Shown here: positions 25,968 to 36,418 of the stretch, in pieces
How the letters are laid out: each line of letters starts with the position of its first letter
How positions within the stretch are numbered: position 1 is the first letter of the stretch
NCBI GenBank assembly: GCA_030635145.1
Contig: DAOVZK010000001.1
Coordinates: 23,381 to 87,380, forward strand
Source of the DNA: Planctomycetota bacterium
GTDB taxonomy: Bacteria > Planctomycetota > Phycisphaerae > SM23-33
Length of the DNA stretch: 64,000 nucleotides
Direction of reading: 5' to 3'
The notes under the pieces: generated by a model
The model's database searches: none
What the model saw: only the letters and a program-made list of their open reading frames with translations
Told to the model about the DNA's origin: nothing
Translations under genes and position numbers: made by a program

Positions 25968-27116
25968 ATGAACGGCAAGCGTGTTAAGTGCCCAAGCTGC
26001 GCGACGGTTTTGGGCGTTCCGGGGCAGTTTAAGGGCACTCTTTGTTTGTGTGCAAATTGCCAAACGAAATTCACTATTCCTGCGCTCTCAGAAGCAGATA
26101 TTCTCGACCTTATCGGCAAGAAGAGAAACGCCGACTCTGTCGTTGCCGGTGCGATTGAGGCCGACGAACCACAACCCGTCGCCGCCGACTTCGTACCCGA
26201 AACCGTTGCGGCCGAAGTGGCGATGGATACCATCGACGGTTTTCCGACCGGGATAGATGGGTTCTATCTGCTGCGAATCGACCGGCATGGTACGCTGTTT
26301 GAATTTCCCGCGTCTATACTAACCGGGACGAGTCTCCGCGGTGCCATGCCGCGACGTTGTGTGCGTTGTGGAGAAACGCGGCACATCCAGTATCATCTGG
26401 TGATCTATTCGCACCATATGACCGAGTCGGCATCGCTCGAATCGCAATACGCTCCGTCCCGAAAAGAACTTTCCGAGCGAGACGTTATGACGAGGTCTGC
26501 TGACGAAATTCTCCCGATGCTCCCGGAAGTACGCAAAATTCCTGCTCCGGCGAACCTTCCCATGCCGTACTGGGTTTGCGATATGTGCTCCCCATCAAAT
26601 ATGGTTTTTGCCCAAAACCGGATCACCAGCAGCGGAGAAAGCACCTGCCGCCTGCAAATTCAGCGAATCTGGCGTGCCGAGGAATTTCTCGTCGCTGCCG
26701 GGGGTAAAGATTCTCGCGCGCATAAGGAAATCCTCAAAGAAATCGAAGGTAACGCCGAACAACCCTGGGACACTCTCCCCGGTGCCGTTCAGCAGCGCTT
26801 GCAGCAATGGTATCATCCGCATAAGGGCGAGCGGTTTGTTGCGTATATTCCCGACCGTTCGCGGGTTCGCACACAAGATGGTATGGGTGGGGTGGTGCTG
26901 TCGAATCGTAGGTTGGTTCACAATTCCCTGCGGCGATACCATGAGGTAGAAAAGGGCGAGCAGCTCGATATGGACTTCGCCATGAGCGCCGGTAAAATGA
27001 CACTGCATATCAAAACCCCGTCGTGGGAAGTCAAGCAGATGGTCGTCGACAAGCACGGGCTTGAACGGCTGCGCCGCGCAATGTGGCAGGAAAACTTCCC
27101 GGCTGTCTGGCATTGA
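25968..27116 (+). CDS. Hypothetical protein with N-terminal zinc ribbon
   Basis: CPSC/CANC, then CVRC/CDMC; GGAAGG RBS. Confidence 0.7.
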   Translation: MNGKRVKCPSCATVLGVPGQFKGTLCLCANCQTKFTIPALSEADILDLIGKKRNADSVVAGAIEADEPQPVAADFVPETVAAEVAMDTIDGFPTGIDGFYLLRIDRHGTLFEFPASILTGTSLRGAMPRRCVRCGETRHIQYHLVIYSHHMTESASLESQYAPSRKELSERDVMTRSADEILPMLPEVRKIPAPANLPMPYWVCDMCSPSNMVFAQNRITSSGESTCRLQIQRIWRAEEFLVAAGGKDSRAHKEILKEIEGNAEQPWDTLPGAVQQRLQQWYHPHKGERFVAYIPDRSRVRTQDGMGGVVLSNRRLVHNSLRRYHEVEKGEQLDMDFAMSAGKMTLHIKTPSWEVKQMVVDKHGLERLRRAMWQENFPAVWH

Positions 27117-27225
27117 GACTCGCTGGCGACGCATTTTTCTTCCCGCGCAACTGCAAATAGTTTATAAGTAATCCACGCGTGGTTTGGTGCGCGCGGAAAC
27201 CAAAAATTTTACGGAGTCTTGAGAA

Positions 27226-28029
27226 ATGACAAAGATATTGATTGTTGGTGCGGGCGGACGAATGGGACGGCGGATCGCTGCTTTGGCGATAGAGTCGGAA
27301 CTGTTCGATGTGGTCGGGGCGGTGGAATTTGCCGGCAGCGACGTAATCGGAAAAGACATCGGCGAGCTTGCTGGTGTCGGTACGTTCGGGGTGGAAGTCA
27401 CGGACAATATCGATCATCTCTCCGCCGACAATTGGCCGGACGTGGCGATTGATTTTTCGCTGCCGGAAGGCACGATGCACTGGGCACCGATCTGCCGCCA
27501 AAAAGGCATCGCCATGGTTATCGGCACGACTGGGCTTACGGAGTCGCAGCAGGCCGAGATCGCAGATTCGTCCAGCTCCGTACCGATCGTTTTTGCCGGT
27601 AACTATTCCATGGGCATCAACCTGCTGACGAAGATCATCGCCCAGGCTGCCAAAACTCTCGGGGAAGATTACGACGTCGAAGTTTCCGAGGTGCATCATC
27701 GGTTTAAGAAGGATGCGCCCAGCGGCACGGCGATAATGCTCGCCAAGGCAGCTTGCGAAGGTCTTGGTAGCGAGTACGGAGAGGTCGTCACGCACGGCCG
27801 AGGGGGGCATCAACCGCGCAAGCCCGGTGAGATCGGAATGCACGCGCTGCGACTCGGGGATACCGTCGGTGAGCATTCGGTGTATTTCGGGAATCTCGGG
27901 GAGACGATTACGTTTTCGCACTCGGCCCACACGCGAGATACTTTTGTTCGCGGTGCGCTGCGGGCAATAACATGGGTCGTCGGTAAAAAACCCGGGCTCT
28001 ACAATATGTGCGACGTGCTGGGACTGTAA
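27226..28029 (+). CDS. dapB: 4-hydroxy-tetrahydrodipicolinate reductase
   Basis: GAGGRMG, IDFS, GTTG, EVHHRFKKDAPSGTA, VGEHSV. Confidence 0.97.
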   Translation: MTKILIVGAGGRMGRRIAALAIESELFDVVGAVEFAGSDVIGKDIGELAGVGTFGVEVTDNIDHLSADNWPDVAIDFSLPEGTMHWAPICRQKGIAMVIGTTGLTESQQAEIADSSSSVPIVFAGNYSMGINLLTKIIAQAAKTLGEDYDVEVSEVHHRFKKDAPSGTAIMLAKAACEGLGSEYGEVVTHGRGGHQPRKPGEIGMHALRLGDTVGEHSVYFGNLGETITFSHSAHTRDTFVRGALRAITWVVGKKPGLYNMCDVLGL

Positions 28030-28080
28030 AACCAGGCGGCAGAAATTATAGGCACCCGGTGCTAGATTTCTACTATCACA

Positions 28081-28422
28081 TTACCACGCAGCAACATCTT
28101 TTAGGACGATCATAACCACCTTGATCGGTTTTTCCTGATTCACGTCGATATTGGCAACGGGCAGGCAACCGGGTTTGGTTATTGAAATCCAGTTAGTTTC
28201 CCGGGGTTGAGTTTCGGTTACCACCGGGATAATCGCAGCACCTTTCGCGTCGGTTTGGGTGGTATCGGTTGTTATGATCTGCCCATCGCAGATACATATT
28301 CCGGTAACGACCGCCCCGGTTATTGGGGTTCCCGCCGAATCTGTCACGACAACATCCGGTTTGCTACATCCAATCAGCCCAACAAACATAACTAACAAAC
28401 ATGGTACGATGATGCATTTCAT
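28081..28422 (-). CDS. Small lipoprotein with carboxypeptidase-regulatory-like domain
   Basis: GGGAG RBS, lipobox LIGC, VTDSAGTPITGAVV...TDAKG. Confidence 0.7.
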   Translation of the reverse strand: MKCIIVPCLLVMFVGLIGCSKPDVVVTDSAGTPITGAVVTGICICDGQIITTDTTQTDAKGAAIIPVVTETQPRETNWISITKPGCLPVANIDVNQEKPIKVVMIVLKDVAAW

Positions 28423-28827
28423 GTGCAGTCTCCCTTTATTTCGAGCATCTGAAGTACATTCGATCTTAAAATGCTCTAATCCAGCCCCGCACCGCGCACA
28501 GCCAAACACAATCCGTTGGACGGGGAATTTGTTACTCGCCGGATATTCAATTTCAGATATCCAGGGAAATGGCGTCGCTATTGCGACAACAACCACCCAT
28601 TTGCCCACTTACTTGCTCAAATAAAGCACACCCACTAAAGCACACTCTCGCCCTGCCGCAAAACGCGGGGAAATATGAGTGTCACAGAGCAACACTCTCC
28701 CTGCATAATGCGTTACACACAAACAAAAATTCGCCCCAAAGGCCCCAGAAAACTCTTCCGATCGAAATCAGGAAGCACCAAAGCAAAAGTTATAAGACGT
28801 TACCGCCTTCTTGGTATTCAGGAGGTT

Positions 28828-29073
28828 TTACGTACGAGGGCGGGCTTCGTTTACGTTCAGCGCCCGGCCGTCAAGTTCGAAACCGTTCATGGCTTCGATG
28901 GCGGTGTTGCCCTCATCGTCATTTGTCATTTCGACAAATCCGAATCCACGGGAACGGCCTGTTTCGCGATCAAGAATAACCTTAGCGCGGTCAACGGCAC
29001 CGTGCGAAGCAAAAGCTTCTTGGAGATCGCCATCTGTGACTGAGTACGACAAGTTTCCTACATAAATATTCAT
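28828..29073 (-). CDS. RRM RNA-binding protein
   Basis: RNP2 IYVGNL, RNP1 RGFGFVEM, VNEARPR; no Gly-rich tail. Confidence 0.95.
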   Translation of the reverse strand: MNIYVGNLSYSVTDGDLQEAFASHGAVDRAKVILDRETGRSRGFGFVEMTNDDEGNTAIEAMNGFELDGRALNVNEARPRT

Positions 29074-29371
29074 TCTATAAATTCTCCGTGCGTCAATCGC
29101 TCTGAACCCCAACGCAGCATTCACTTCAGACTGACACATTGTTCAGCTTGGCTGACACGCAAACCCGCGCATCTAACCATCCACTATAGTATTCTGCAAT
29201 TTTTTTTCCATTTGTCAAACTTTTTTGTTACGAGCTGATTTGATGGGCGGGCAAACATGGCTGTGCGCAAAATCTTGAGCTTGCCAAACGTCGCGGCATC
29301 ATCTAAACTCACCCGTGTCGAAATCGGCAATTGCCAATATGGTTTTGCAGCACAGAGTAGCAGGGTTAAAG

Positions 29372-30217
29372 ATGGCTGAGATCAAACACGTAACAATAAT
29401 CGGGGTCGGATTGATCGGCGGATCGATCGGGAAAGTTTTGCGCAAAGACGCCGTGCGAGTCAGCGGAGTGGGGCGGCGCGAAAGTTCATTGAAGGCGGCC
29501 CTGAAAGTCGGCGCCATCGACGACGCGCATCTCGATTGCAGCGAACCAGTGGCCACCAGCGACCTCGTAATCCTCGCCACGCCCGTAGGCACATTCGAAA
29601 AATACTTCCGCCAGATCAAACCGCTGCTAAAACGCGGAGCCATCGTCACAGACGTCGGGTCAACCAAGGGCGAGGTCGTACGTTCTGCCCGCAAGGTTTG
29701 GGGTAGCGGAAAAGATAATCCGTTTATCGGGTCGCACCCGATGGCTGGTAACGAAAACAAAGGCCCGCAGCACGCCACGATAACTTTGCTGAAAGATGCC
29801 CTGTGCATCATCACGCCGCTTGCAAAAACACCCAAAGCGAAGGTGCAGCGCGTGGTGAACTTTTGGAAAAACCTCGGGATGCAAACGGCGCAGATGACGC
29901 CAGCCGCTCATGACCTTAGTGCTGCCCGCGTGAGTCACTTGCCGCATCTGATTTCGGCAGCGATGATGATGCTACCAGCTGACGGGGATCTGGAAGTGGC
30001 AGCCACGGGATTTCGCGATATGACACGGCTGGCGGGTGGCGACCCGGAAATGTGGCGCGACATCGTAGCTACGAATCGCAAACCCATCATCAAAGCAATT
30101 GACGAATTGCTCAAGGCCGGGACGAAACTTCGCACTCTCATCGACACAGGCAACGAAAAGGCGGTTGAAAAATTCCTCGCCAAAGCCAAGACCCGCCGCG
30201 ACACCAAAATAAGCTGA
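29372..30217 (+). CDS. tyrA: Prephenate/arogenate dehydrogenase
   Basis: GVGLIGGS, TDVGSTK, HPMAG, SHLPH, GFRDMTRLA. Confidence 0.93.
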   Translation: MAEIKHVTIIGVGLIGGSIGKVLRKDAVRVSGVGRRESSLKAALKVGAIDDAHLDCSEPVATSDLVILATPVGTFEKYFRQIKPLLKRGAIVTDVGSTKGEVVRSARKVWGSGKDNPFIGSHPMAGNENKGPQHATITLLKDALCIITPLAKTPKAKVQRVVNFWKNLGMQTAQMTPAAHDLSAARVSHLPHLISAAMMMLPADGDLEVAATGFRDMTRLAGGDPEMWRDIVATNRKPIIKAIDELLKAGTKLRTLIDTGNEKAVEKFLAKAKTRRDTKIS

Positions 30218-30226
30218 GCCTGTTCT

Positions 30227-30323
30227 GTAGGCCGGGTCTCGACCCGGCGATTGTATTTCTGGGTGGCGTGGTTACACCAAAGGGGTAGCCAACGTGGTTG
30301 CAAAAACCGCAACCACGGCACCC
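30227..30323. repeat. Composite REP-like cluster between convergent tyrA and guaA
   Basis: GTAG-GCCGGGTC-TC-GACCCGGC (30227-30248), then inverted pair GGGTGGCGTGGTT (30261)...AACCACGGCACCC (30323). Confidence 0.8.
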
Positions 30324-30335
30324 GCTAGCCGCGCA

Positions 30336-31895
30336 TCATTCCCATTCGATGGTGGCCGGTGGTTTTGAGGAGATATCGTAGGTTACGCGGTTGATACCGC
30401 GAACTTCGTTGATTATCCGATTCGAAATCGTCGCCAGCACATCGTACGGAATTCTCGACCAGTCAGCCGTCATGAAATCGCTCGTGTCAACCGACCGAAT
30501 GGCGGCGACGTTTTCGTACGTTCGGCCGTCGCCCATAACACCAACTGATTGCACCGGCAGCAGGACGGCAAAAGTTTGTGCGGTTTTGCGGTACAGCCCA
30601 TTGGCGGTAATTTCTTCCAGCAAAATATTGTCGGCCTTGCGCAAGATGTCAAGGCGCGGCTTGGTGACCTCGCCCAAACACCGCACGGCCAGGCCAGGCC
30701 CGGGAAACGGGTGCCGCCAGACGATGTCTTCCGGTAATCCCAGCAACTCACCGACGCGGCGAACCTCGTCTTTGAACAGATCCCGTAGCGGTTCGATAAG
30801 CTCAAATCCCAGCTGTTCGGGCAGCCCACCGACATTGTGATGCAGCTTGATATTCGCCGCCTGCCCCGCCAACGAATGCCCCGACTCGATCACGTCGGGA
30901 TACAGCGTGCCCTGTGCGAGAAACTTTGCATTTTTGATTTCCGAGGCCGCCGCCTTAAAGGAATCGATAAACGTATGCCCGATGATTTTGCGTTTTTCCT
31001 GCGGGTCTGTCACGCCCGCGAGCTTGCCGAGAAACTCGTCAGCCCCGTGAACGGTCGTAAGGTTGATCTTGAAGTGGTCACGGAAAGTATTTTCTACCAT
31101 CTGTACTTCGTTGAGTCGCAAGCATCCGTTGTCTACAAAAATACAGTGCAGCCGATCGCCGATAGCCTTCTGCAGCAAGGCAGCGACCACTGCTGAGTCT
31201 ACCCCGCCCGACAGCCCGCAGATTACCTGCTCGTCGTCGCCGACTTTCGCACGAATATCGTTTATGGTGGAGTCGATAAGTGCATCCATTTTCCACAGGC
31301 CCTTGCACCCGCAGATGTCGTAGATGAAGTTTTCAAAAATCGATCCCCCGTGCGGAGTATGCGTAACTTCGGGGTGGAACTGCACACCGTAGAACGGTTT
31401 CGTGCGGTGGTGAACGGCGGCGAACGGACAGGTCGATGTTGACGCTAGGGCAACGAAGTTACCCCCGGGATCTTTGAGTTGGTCACCGTGCGACATCCAG
31501 ACGGAAGTTTCGGTTGGGATATTTTTCAGCAGCACGTTAGGGGTATTAATGGTGAGAGTTGCTCGGCCGAACTCGCGGGAATCGGTCGGAGAAATTTCCG
31601 CACCGAACGCCTTGCCCGCCATCTGCATCCCATAGCAAATTCCCAGAATCGGAATACCCATCTCGAGAATTTCAGGGCGAACCTGCGGGGCGTTGTCGTC
31701 GTAAACACTGCTTGGCCCGCCGGTGAAGATCAGGCCTTTGGGGTTGTACTTTTTCAGCTCGTCTGCGGTGACGTCCGGGTGCGCGAGGATGCTGTAGACG
31801 TTTTTTTCGCGAACACGGCGGGCGATCAGCTGGGCGTATTGCGATCCAAAGTCGAGAATGACGATGGTTTCAGATTGTCCAGTAACTGTGGTCAT
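30336..31895 (-). CDS. guaA: GMP synthase (glutamine-hydrolysing)
   Basis: [43 protein letters not shown]; AGGAG RBS. Confidence 0.98.
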   Translation of the reverse strand: MTTVTGQSETIVILDFGSQYAQLIARRVREKNVYSILAHPDVTADELKKYNPKGLIFTGGPSSVYDDNAPQVRPEILEMGIPILGICYGMQMAGKAFGAEISPTDSREFGRATLTINTPNVLLKNIPTETSVWMSHGDQLKDPGGNFVALASTSTCPFAAVHHRTKPFYGVQFHPEVTHTPHGGSIFENFIYDICGCKGLWKMDALIDSTINDIRAKVGDDEQVICGLSGGVDSAVVAALLQKAIGDRLHCIFVDNGCLRLNEVQMVENTFRDHFKINLTTVHGADEFLGKLAGVTDPQEKRKIIGHTFIDSFKAAASEIKNAKFLAQGTLYPDVIESGHSLAGQAANIKLHHNVGGLPEQLGFELIEPLRDLFKDEVRRVGELLGLPEDIVWRHPFPGPGLAVRCLGEVTKPRLDILRKADNILLEEITANGLYRKTAQTFAVLLPVQSVGVMGDGRTYENVAAIRSVDTSDFMTADWSRIPYDVLATISNRIINEVRGINRVTYDISSKPPATIEWE

Positions 31896-31996
31896 AACTA
31901 CTCCTAAGGTCCATGTTTCTTCTTCAAAAAACTCGAAGAAGCCGCATATATTACCTTCAGGCCGGAAAAAACACAATCACCAATCTTCCCATACGG

Positions 31997-33928
31997 TTAT
32001 CTTCCACCGCGGGCGGTAGAAAGCGTCAAGATACCCAAGGCTGTCGAAATATGCTCAGATTTTTTTCGAGGTTTCCACGCGCCGTTGGATTTTTGGTGTT
32101 TCAGCAGATCGTTACTGGCCCATTTGAACCAGTTTATCTTTCCGATTTTTTTCGTATCGCAGGCCACTCCCAGGCGGGAGACAGTGTAGAGGTAGTTTAT
32201 CGGATCGCGATTTTTTCCGTCGTCTAAATGTTTGTCCAGCCATTCAAGAGCGTTTTGCAATGAGTCGTGACTCATGGCATTTTGGCGTGATCGGTTGAGT
32301 TGGTCGAGGCAGATCAACATGCTTACCGCCCCGCCAGCCGTGGGGTTGTGACGCGATCGCCCGACCGGTGTTCTGCCCCACCCCCCGTTGGGATTCTGCG
32401 AGTTCCGCCACCAGTTCATGGATCGTACCCAGAATCTGCGGGGAATTTCGACCCCGCCCTGGGAGGCCATTGCGGCACCTAAAATGGCGTACTGTGTGCA
32501 GCGGGCATTGCTATATCGCGCGTCGCTGTCGGGGGTGCAGGTTGCTCCGAACCCACCATCGACATTCGCACGCACAAGTTTAAGGGCGTCTGCGCGAAGT
32601 TCGGTTGCGTATTTTCCCGGTTGTTGCTGGTTTACGGCGTTCCAGAGGCAACACCGCAGCGCAAGCGACAGCGTATCGTTTGTTTCGGTGGCGGCGATGG
32701 TTTTTAGCGTTCGGGCAAGACGTTTGTCCGACGGGTGTACGCCGCTTTGGACCAGAGCGTAGGTTATCATCGCAGTGGCGTGTTTTGCGGGTTGGTCGGC
32801 GTCGTTTAGACGAGTTGGCCAAGAGCCGTCGTGCCGCTGCAAACTCCACAGATACTTTCGCGCCTTTTCGATGGAGGCGTTGATTTTCCCATCGGCGATA
32901 AGCCCGAGGGTAATGACGTCGAGCGACCAATGTTTTCCGCCCGGAAGTCGTCCGAGTTTTACCAGCTGTAATTCGATATCGTGAAATTCCCTCGCAACCT
33001 CCAGTCGCTGCGTATCGTTTTCGGTATGCTTCATGAGGTATACGTTGAGGTATTGACGCAAACGCATCAGCCCAGCTGCACGGGTTTCGCTCGGTGCGTC
33101 GCTCAGTAGCAATCGCAACCACTGCGCCATTTCGTAGGCGACATCGGCGGGTAGCGACTTGGGATCTCGCAACGCAAGCGGCACATACGATTGCAGCTGC
33201 TCGTCGACGTCGGGAGTAAGCAGCGACTTTGCGATGACGAAGTCTTCTTCCCGTGCGGCTAACCGTTGGATCAACTTGCTACGAAGTTCAAGATTGTTGG
33301 GGTTCGCCTTTAACGTCGCCAGTTGTTTTTGCAGCTTCAATCCGGCGCGGATGCGAGCTGGAAGCGTTTTTTCTTTTTCCTTTACCCTTGCGATTATGCC
33401 GGTTCGGATGGCTTTGGCAATTCTGCGGGCTTGCCGCAAAAATAACCTCGCGCTAAATGTATCCCCGCTACGGGTTCGAATGTCGGACAATTTCAGTAGG
33501 ATATGGACGGTGTCCTCACCGACGGGCACCCGGTCTTTGCGCCCAGCCGCATTGTAAAGCTCCATCTGAAGCACGAGGATCTTCTCCAGGCACTTCGTGC
33601 GGCGTTCGGGAATCTTGTCGGCGAGCAGTTCCAACGCCTCGATGGCTGCGGGGTAACCTTCGGGAGATTTCGCCCCGAGCTTGTAGATGCTGTCGCACAG
33701 TAGCGCAAGCTGCTGCATGTTGGCGGTTTCTCCGCGTGCCATTATCAGCATTGCTGCGGCCAGCTCTGCGTCGTCGGAGGTGTCCGGTGTTTGCTCGACT
33801 CGCTTGATGTCTGCGGTGAGGCGTTTGTCAAAAGTTTCGCGCACAGCATCACCGGCAGCAGGACGATCGAAGCAGATCAGCCCCGCCGCTGCAACGATCA
33901 TGCAGATTTTCCATCGCGAAATTTTCAT
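31997..33928 (-). CDS. Secreted protein with C-terminal prenyltransferase/squalene-cyclase-like (QW repeat) toroid domain
   Basis: Signal peptide; LWSLQRHDGSW, RNSQNPNGGWG, LKHQKSNGAW. Confidence 0.7.
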   Translation of the reverse strand: MKISRWKICMIVAAAGLICFDRPAAGDAVRETFDKRLTADIKRVEQTPDTSDDAELAAAMLIMARGETANMQQLALLCDSIYKLGAKSPEGYPAAIEALELLADKIPERRTKCLEKILVLQMELYNAAGRKDRVPVGEDTVHILLKLSDIRTRSGDTFSARLFLRQARRIAKAIRTGIIARVKEKEKTLPARIRAGLKLQKQLATLKANPNNLELRSKLIQRLAAREEDFVIAKSLLTPDVDEQLQSYVPLALRDPKSLPADVAYEMAQWLRLLLSDAPSETRAAGLMRLRQYLNVYLMKHTENDTQRLEVAREFHDIELQLVKLGRLPGGKHWSLDVITLGLIADGKINASIEKARKYLWSLQRHDGSWPTRLNDADQPAKHATAMITYALVQSGVHPSDKRLARTLKTIAATETNDTLSLALRCCLWNAVNQQQPGKYATELRADALKLVRANVDGGFGATCTPDSDARYSNARCTQYAILGAAMASQGGVEIPRRFWVRSMNWWRNSQNPNGGWGRTPVGRSRHNPTAGGAVSMLICLDQLNRSRQNAMSHDSLQNALEWLDKHLDDGKNRDPINYLYTVSRLGVACDTKKIGKINWFKWASNDLLKHQKSNGAWKPRKKSEHISTALGILTLSTARGGR

Positions 33929-33944
33929 AGGCAATCAGTTCCGG

Positions 33945-35672
33945 TTATTTTCCTGCTCGCAGCATCTTTACGGCGTTTTCGCCGCCGGCAAGTATGTGCA
34001 GTAGCGGCTGGGGGCGATCGGTTCCGGGAACATTTACCGGGCGACCGGCCCAAGGCGTAGCCGACAACACATTTGTCATGTCCATCCAATGCTGCAGACG
34101 TGCCGGTTTGAGATTCCACGTCATGTGGAAGTGGTTCGCCGGTGCGTACTGTTTGTACTCGGCCATCGTGGCGTACTTGGGTGTTACAAAAGTGTGCGGC
34201 CAGGTTGGGGTGGAAACGTCACCGACAGCCATCGCGAGAGCTTTCGGCATTTCGACGGTTGTGGCTTCGTCCCAGACGAGCGAGAACATGTTGTTGATTC
34301 CGCTATAGGCAAGGCGTCCGGCGATGCCTTCGATTCCGCCCGGGGTGTAGAAACAAACGCTGTTACCACCACCGGGGAAGTAGAACTCATCAGCCAGCGG
34401 CATGGACACGCCCTTCATGCAATTGGTCATTGAAGTACCGGGGGTGTTGGCCCAGTTGAAACTGGCCGAGCCGCTATTGTCACCGTCGACAAATCCGCGT
34501 TGTGCCCAGACGTCGTTTTTGGTGTACTTAATTTTCATTTTGTCGGCGAGGCCTTGGATTTCGTGCGATTCCCAGACCTTGCGGAAGTCCATAAACAGCG
34601 GAGGGTTCCCACCGCTTAACCATGTGAAGAACAGCTGCGTCAACAGGCCCTGCACATCGTTTTCCGTAGCGAACGGGATCGCCGGTTTCGCGCCGTTGTG
34701 GTCGAACGTGCTGTTGAAAAGGCTTTCCATGGTGTCGGCGACGGGCAGCGGGCACCCGCGATGGTCACTGCCCCATTCGAGCTGGCTCATGAAACCACCA
34801 CCGACTGCGTTAAGGTCTTCCATGAGGTCTCGCACGATGAGGTACATTCCCAGCGACTGGTTGAACCGTTCGTTGTCAGCGGCGTCGCGATGTTCGAGAC
34901 GGTTTCCGATGTGCTTGTTAACCCACTTACGGAGTGTTACGAGTTCTTTCTCGTCGTACGCTTTTTTTTGCAGCATGTCGGACAGAAGTTTCATGTCGAG
35001 GCGGGTAAGTTCGAGCCCGAAAGTGTTGCGTGTCGGCAGCACGTGTGCCAGTGCCGTTTCCATGCCCATTGAATCGTGGCCCAGCAGCAAGACGCGCCGG
35101 CCTTTAAGACCGACAACCGTCAGTGCAGCGTAGCACCAATCTATAAGAGTTTCGGCCGTCGCATCGGTCATCTTAGGGTTCATCCCGGTGTCGGGCCATG
35201 TACCAACGTTAAGGGCTGTCATCTTACCGCTCTGTGCCAACGCGCCGTTAACGGCGTGGGCATAAACGACGCCCGGTTTCGGGCCGCTGTTTCCGCAGGT
35301 GATGTTGATGGGCATATTGTCGGGAAGTTGCGACATAAGGCTTTGCAGTGTCAGTTGCGGGAAGGCCCATGTGTCGGGGGCACATATGACGGCGTCGACA
35401 CCGGCGGCGCGGAACTGCCGGGCAACGATGTCGGCCTGCTTTTCACCGTCGATCAACACCGGCGACCAGACGACGTTCACCGGCGTACCGTCGGGCATCT
35501 TTACACCATCGGCGACGACTTTGGCGACCATCTCGATAATGTTTACGCAACGCTCGCGCGACGGTTTGTCGATGCGCGGGTCGGAAGTCCCGCATATCCC
35601 GAACGTAACGGGATTGGCTTTTGCACTACGAGCGGCCGAAAGCTTCTTGATGTTGTCAGTTTTTTTCGCCAT
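33945..35672 (-). CDS. fucI: L-fucose/D-arabinose isomerase family protein
   Basis: DPRID, WAFP, SMGM, ATENDVQG, DFRKVW, NSGSA, TWPHT, ANH; ~575 aa. Confidence 0.85.
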   Translation of the reverse strand: MAKKTDNIKKLSAARSAKANPVTFGICGTSDPRIDKPSRERCVNIIEMVAKVVADGVKMPDGTPVNVVWSPVLIDGEKQADIVARQFRAAGVDAVICAPDTWAFPQLTLQSLMSQLPDNMPINITCGNSGPKPGVVYAHAVNGALAQSGKMTALNVGTWPDTGMNPKMTDATAETLIDWCYAALTVVGLKGRRVLLLGHDSMGMETALAHVLPTRNTFGLELTRLDMKLLSDMLQKKAYDEKELVTLRKWVNKHIGNRLEHRDAADNERFNQSLGMYLIVRDLMEDLNAVGGGFMSQLEWGSDHRGCPLPVADTMESLFNSTFDHNGAKPAIPFATENDVQGLLTQLFFTWLSGGNPPLFMDFRKVWESHEIQGLADKMKIKYTKNDVWAQRGFVDGDNSGSASFNWANTPGTSMTNCMKGVSMPLADEFYFPGGGNSVCFYTPGGIEGIAGRLAYSGINNMFSLVWDEATTVEMPKALAMAVGDVSTPTWPHTFVTPKYATMAEYKQYAPANHFHMTWNLKPARLQHWMDMTNVLSATPWAGRPVNVPGTDRPQPLLHILAGGENAVKMLRAGK

Positions 35673-35950
35673 GCCTATTTCTCCGAGTAAATTTTGTGGT
35701 TGCTAAATTTTGTCAAAATCTGCCCCGGAACAAACCAAGCCCGGGAGCAAACTGTGAGCATATCATCGTCAGGGTTGATGCTCAAGAAGTACCTGCAGCA
35801 AAAACTGTGTCAAAACGGTAATAAAAAATTCTCCATTCAAATGGAATCTGGTTGACGCTCTGCTCAATTACTGGTAAACGGGCACTTATGCGAGGGTTTT
35901 ACCCTCCGTTTTGACGAAAATACCATTTGCAAGACCCGGAAAGAACAACC

Positions 35951-36400
35951 ATGATTTACGACAAATTTGCAAACGCACATCTCTACGCCGCCCCCGAAAC
36001 CGCCCTTGGTAAGGCCCTGAAATTCGCCGCCGACTTCGACCCCGAAACCCCCGACGGACGAATCGAAATCGACGGCGACAAGATGTACGCTATCCTGAAC
36101 ACCTACGACACAAACCCATCCGAAGATCTTTCCTTCGAAGCGCATCGGCGGCACATTGATGTGCAGGTGCTGCTGTCCGGAGCGGAGGATATCGACGTGT
36201 CGCAGGATCTCGACGACATGGAAGTCATTCAGCAATACTCCGAAGACAGCGACGCCGGGCTGTACGACACCCAAAAAAACTGGTCGACCGTTGTTTTAAC
36301 GCCGGGAACTTTTGTGGTGTTCTATCCCGACGACGCCCACCGCCCCGGTATCGGCGACGGTTCCAGCGTCCGCAAACTCGTAGTCAAAATTCTTATGTAG
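35951..36400 (+). CDS. YhcH/YjgK/YiaL (DUF386) family protein
   Basis: FEAHRRHIDVQ, FYPDDAHRP, VRKLVVK. Confidence 0.92.
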   Translation: MIYDKFANAHLYAAPETALGKALKFAADFDPETPDGRIEIDGDKMYAILNTYDTNPSEDLSFEAHRRHIDVQVLLSGAEDIDVSQDLDDMEVIQQYSEDSDAGLYDTQKNWSTVVLTPGTFVVFYPDDAHRPGIGDGSSVRKLVVKILM

Positions 36401-36418
36401 CAGCAGAACTGCGCAACC

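Noticed and set aside
28423-28827. ORF extension to 28608 or a small RNA between the lipoprotein and RRM genes
   Set aside because: RBS and lipobox fix the start at 28422; only a short TAAAGCACAC duplication is present.
31896-31996. Purine riboswitch upstream of guaA
   Set aside because: Short spacer with no recognisable aptamer core.
31997-33928. Squalene-hopene cyclase
   Set aside because: Signal peptide, single barrel and no DXDD motif.
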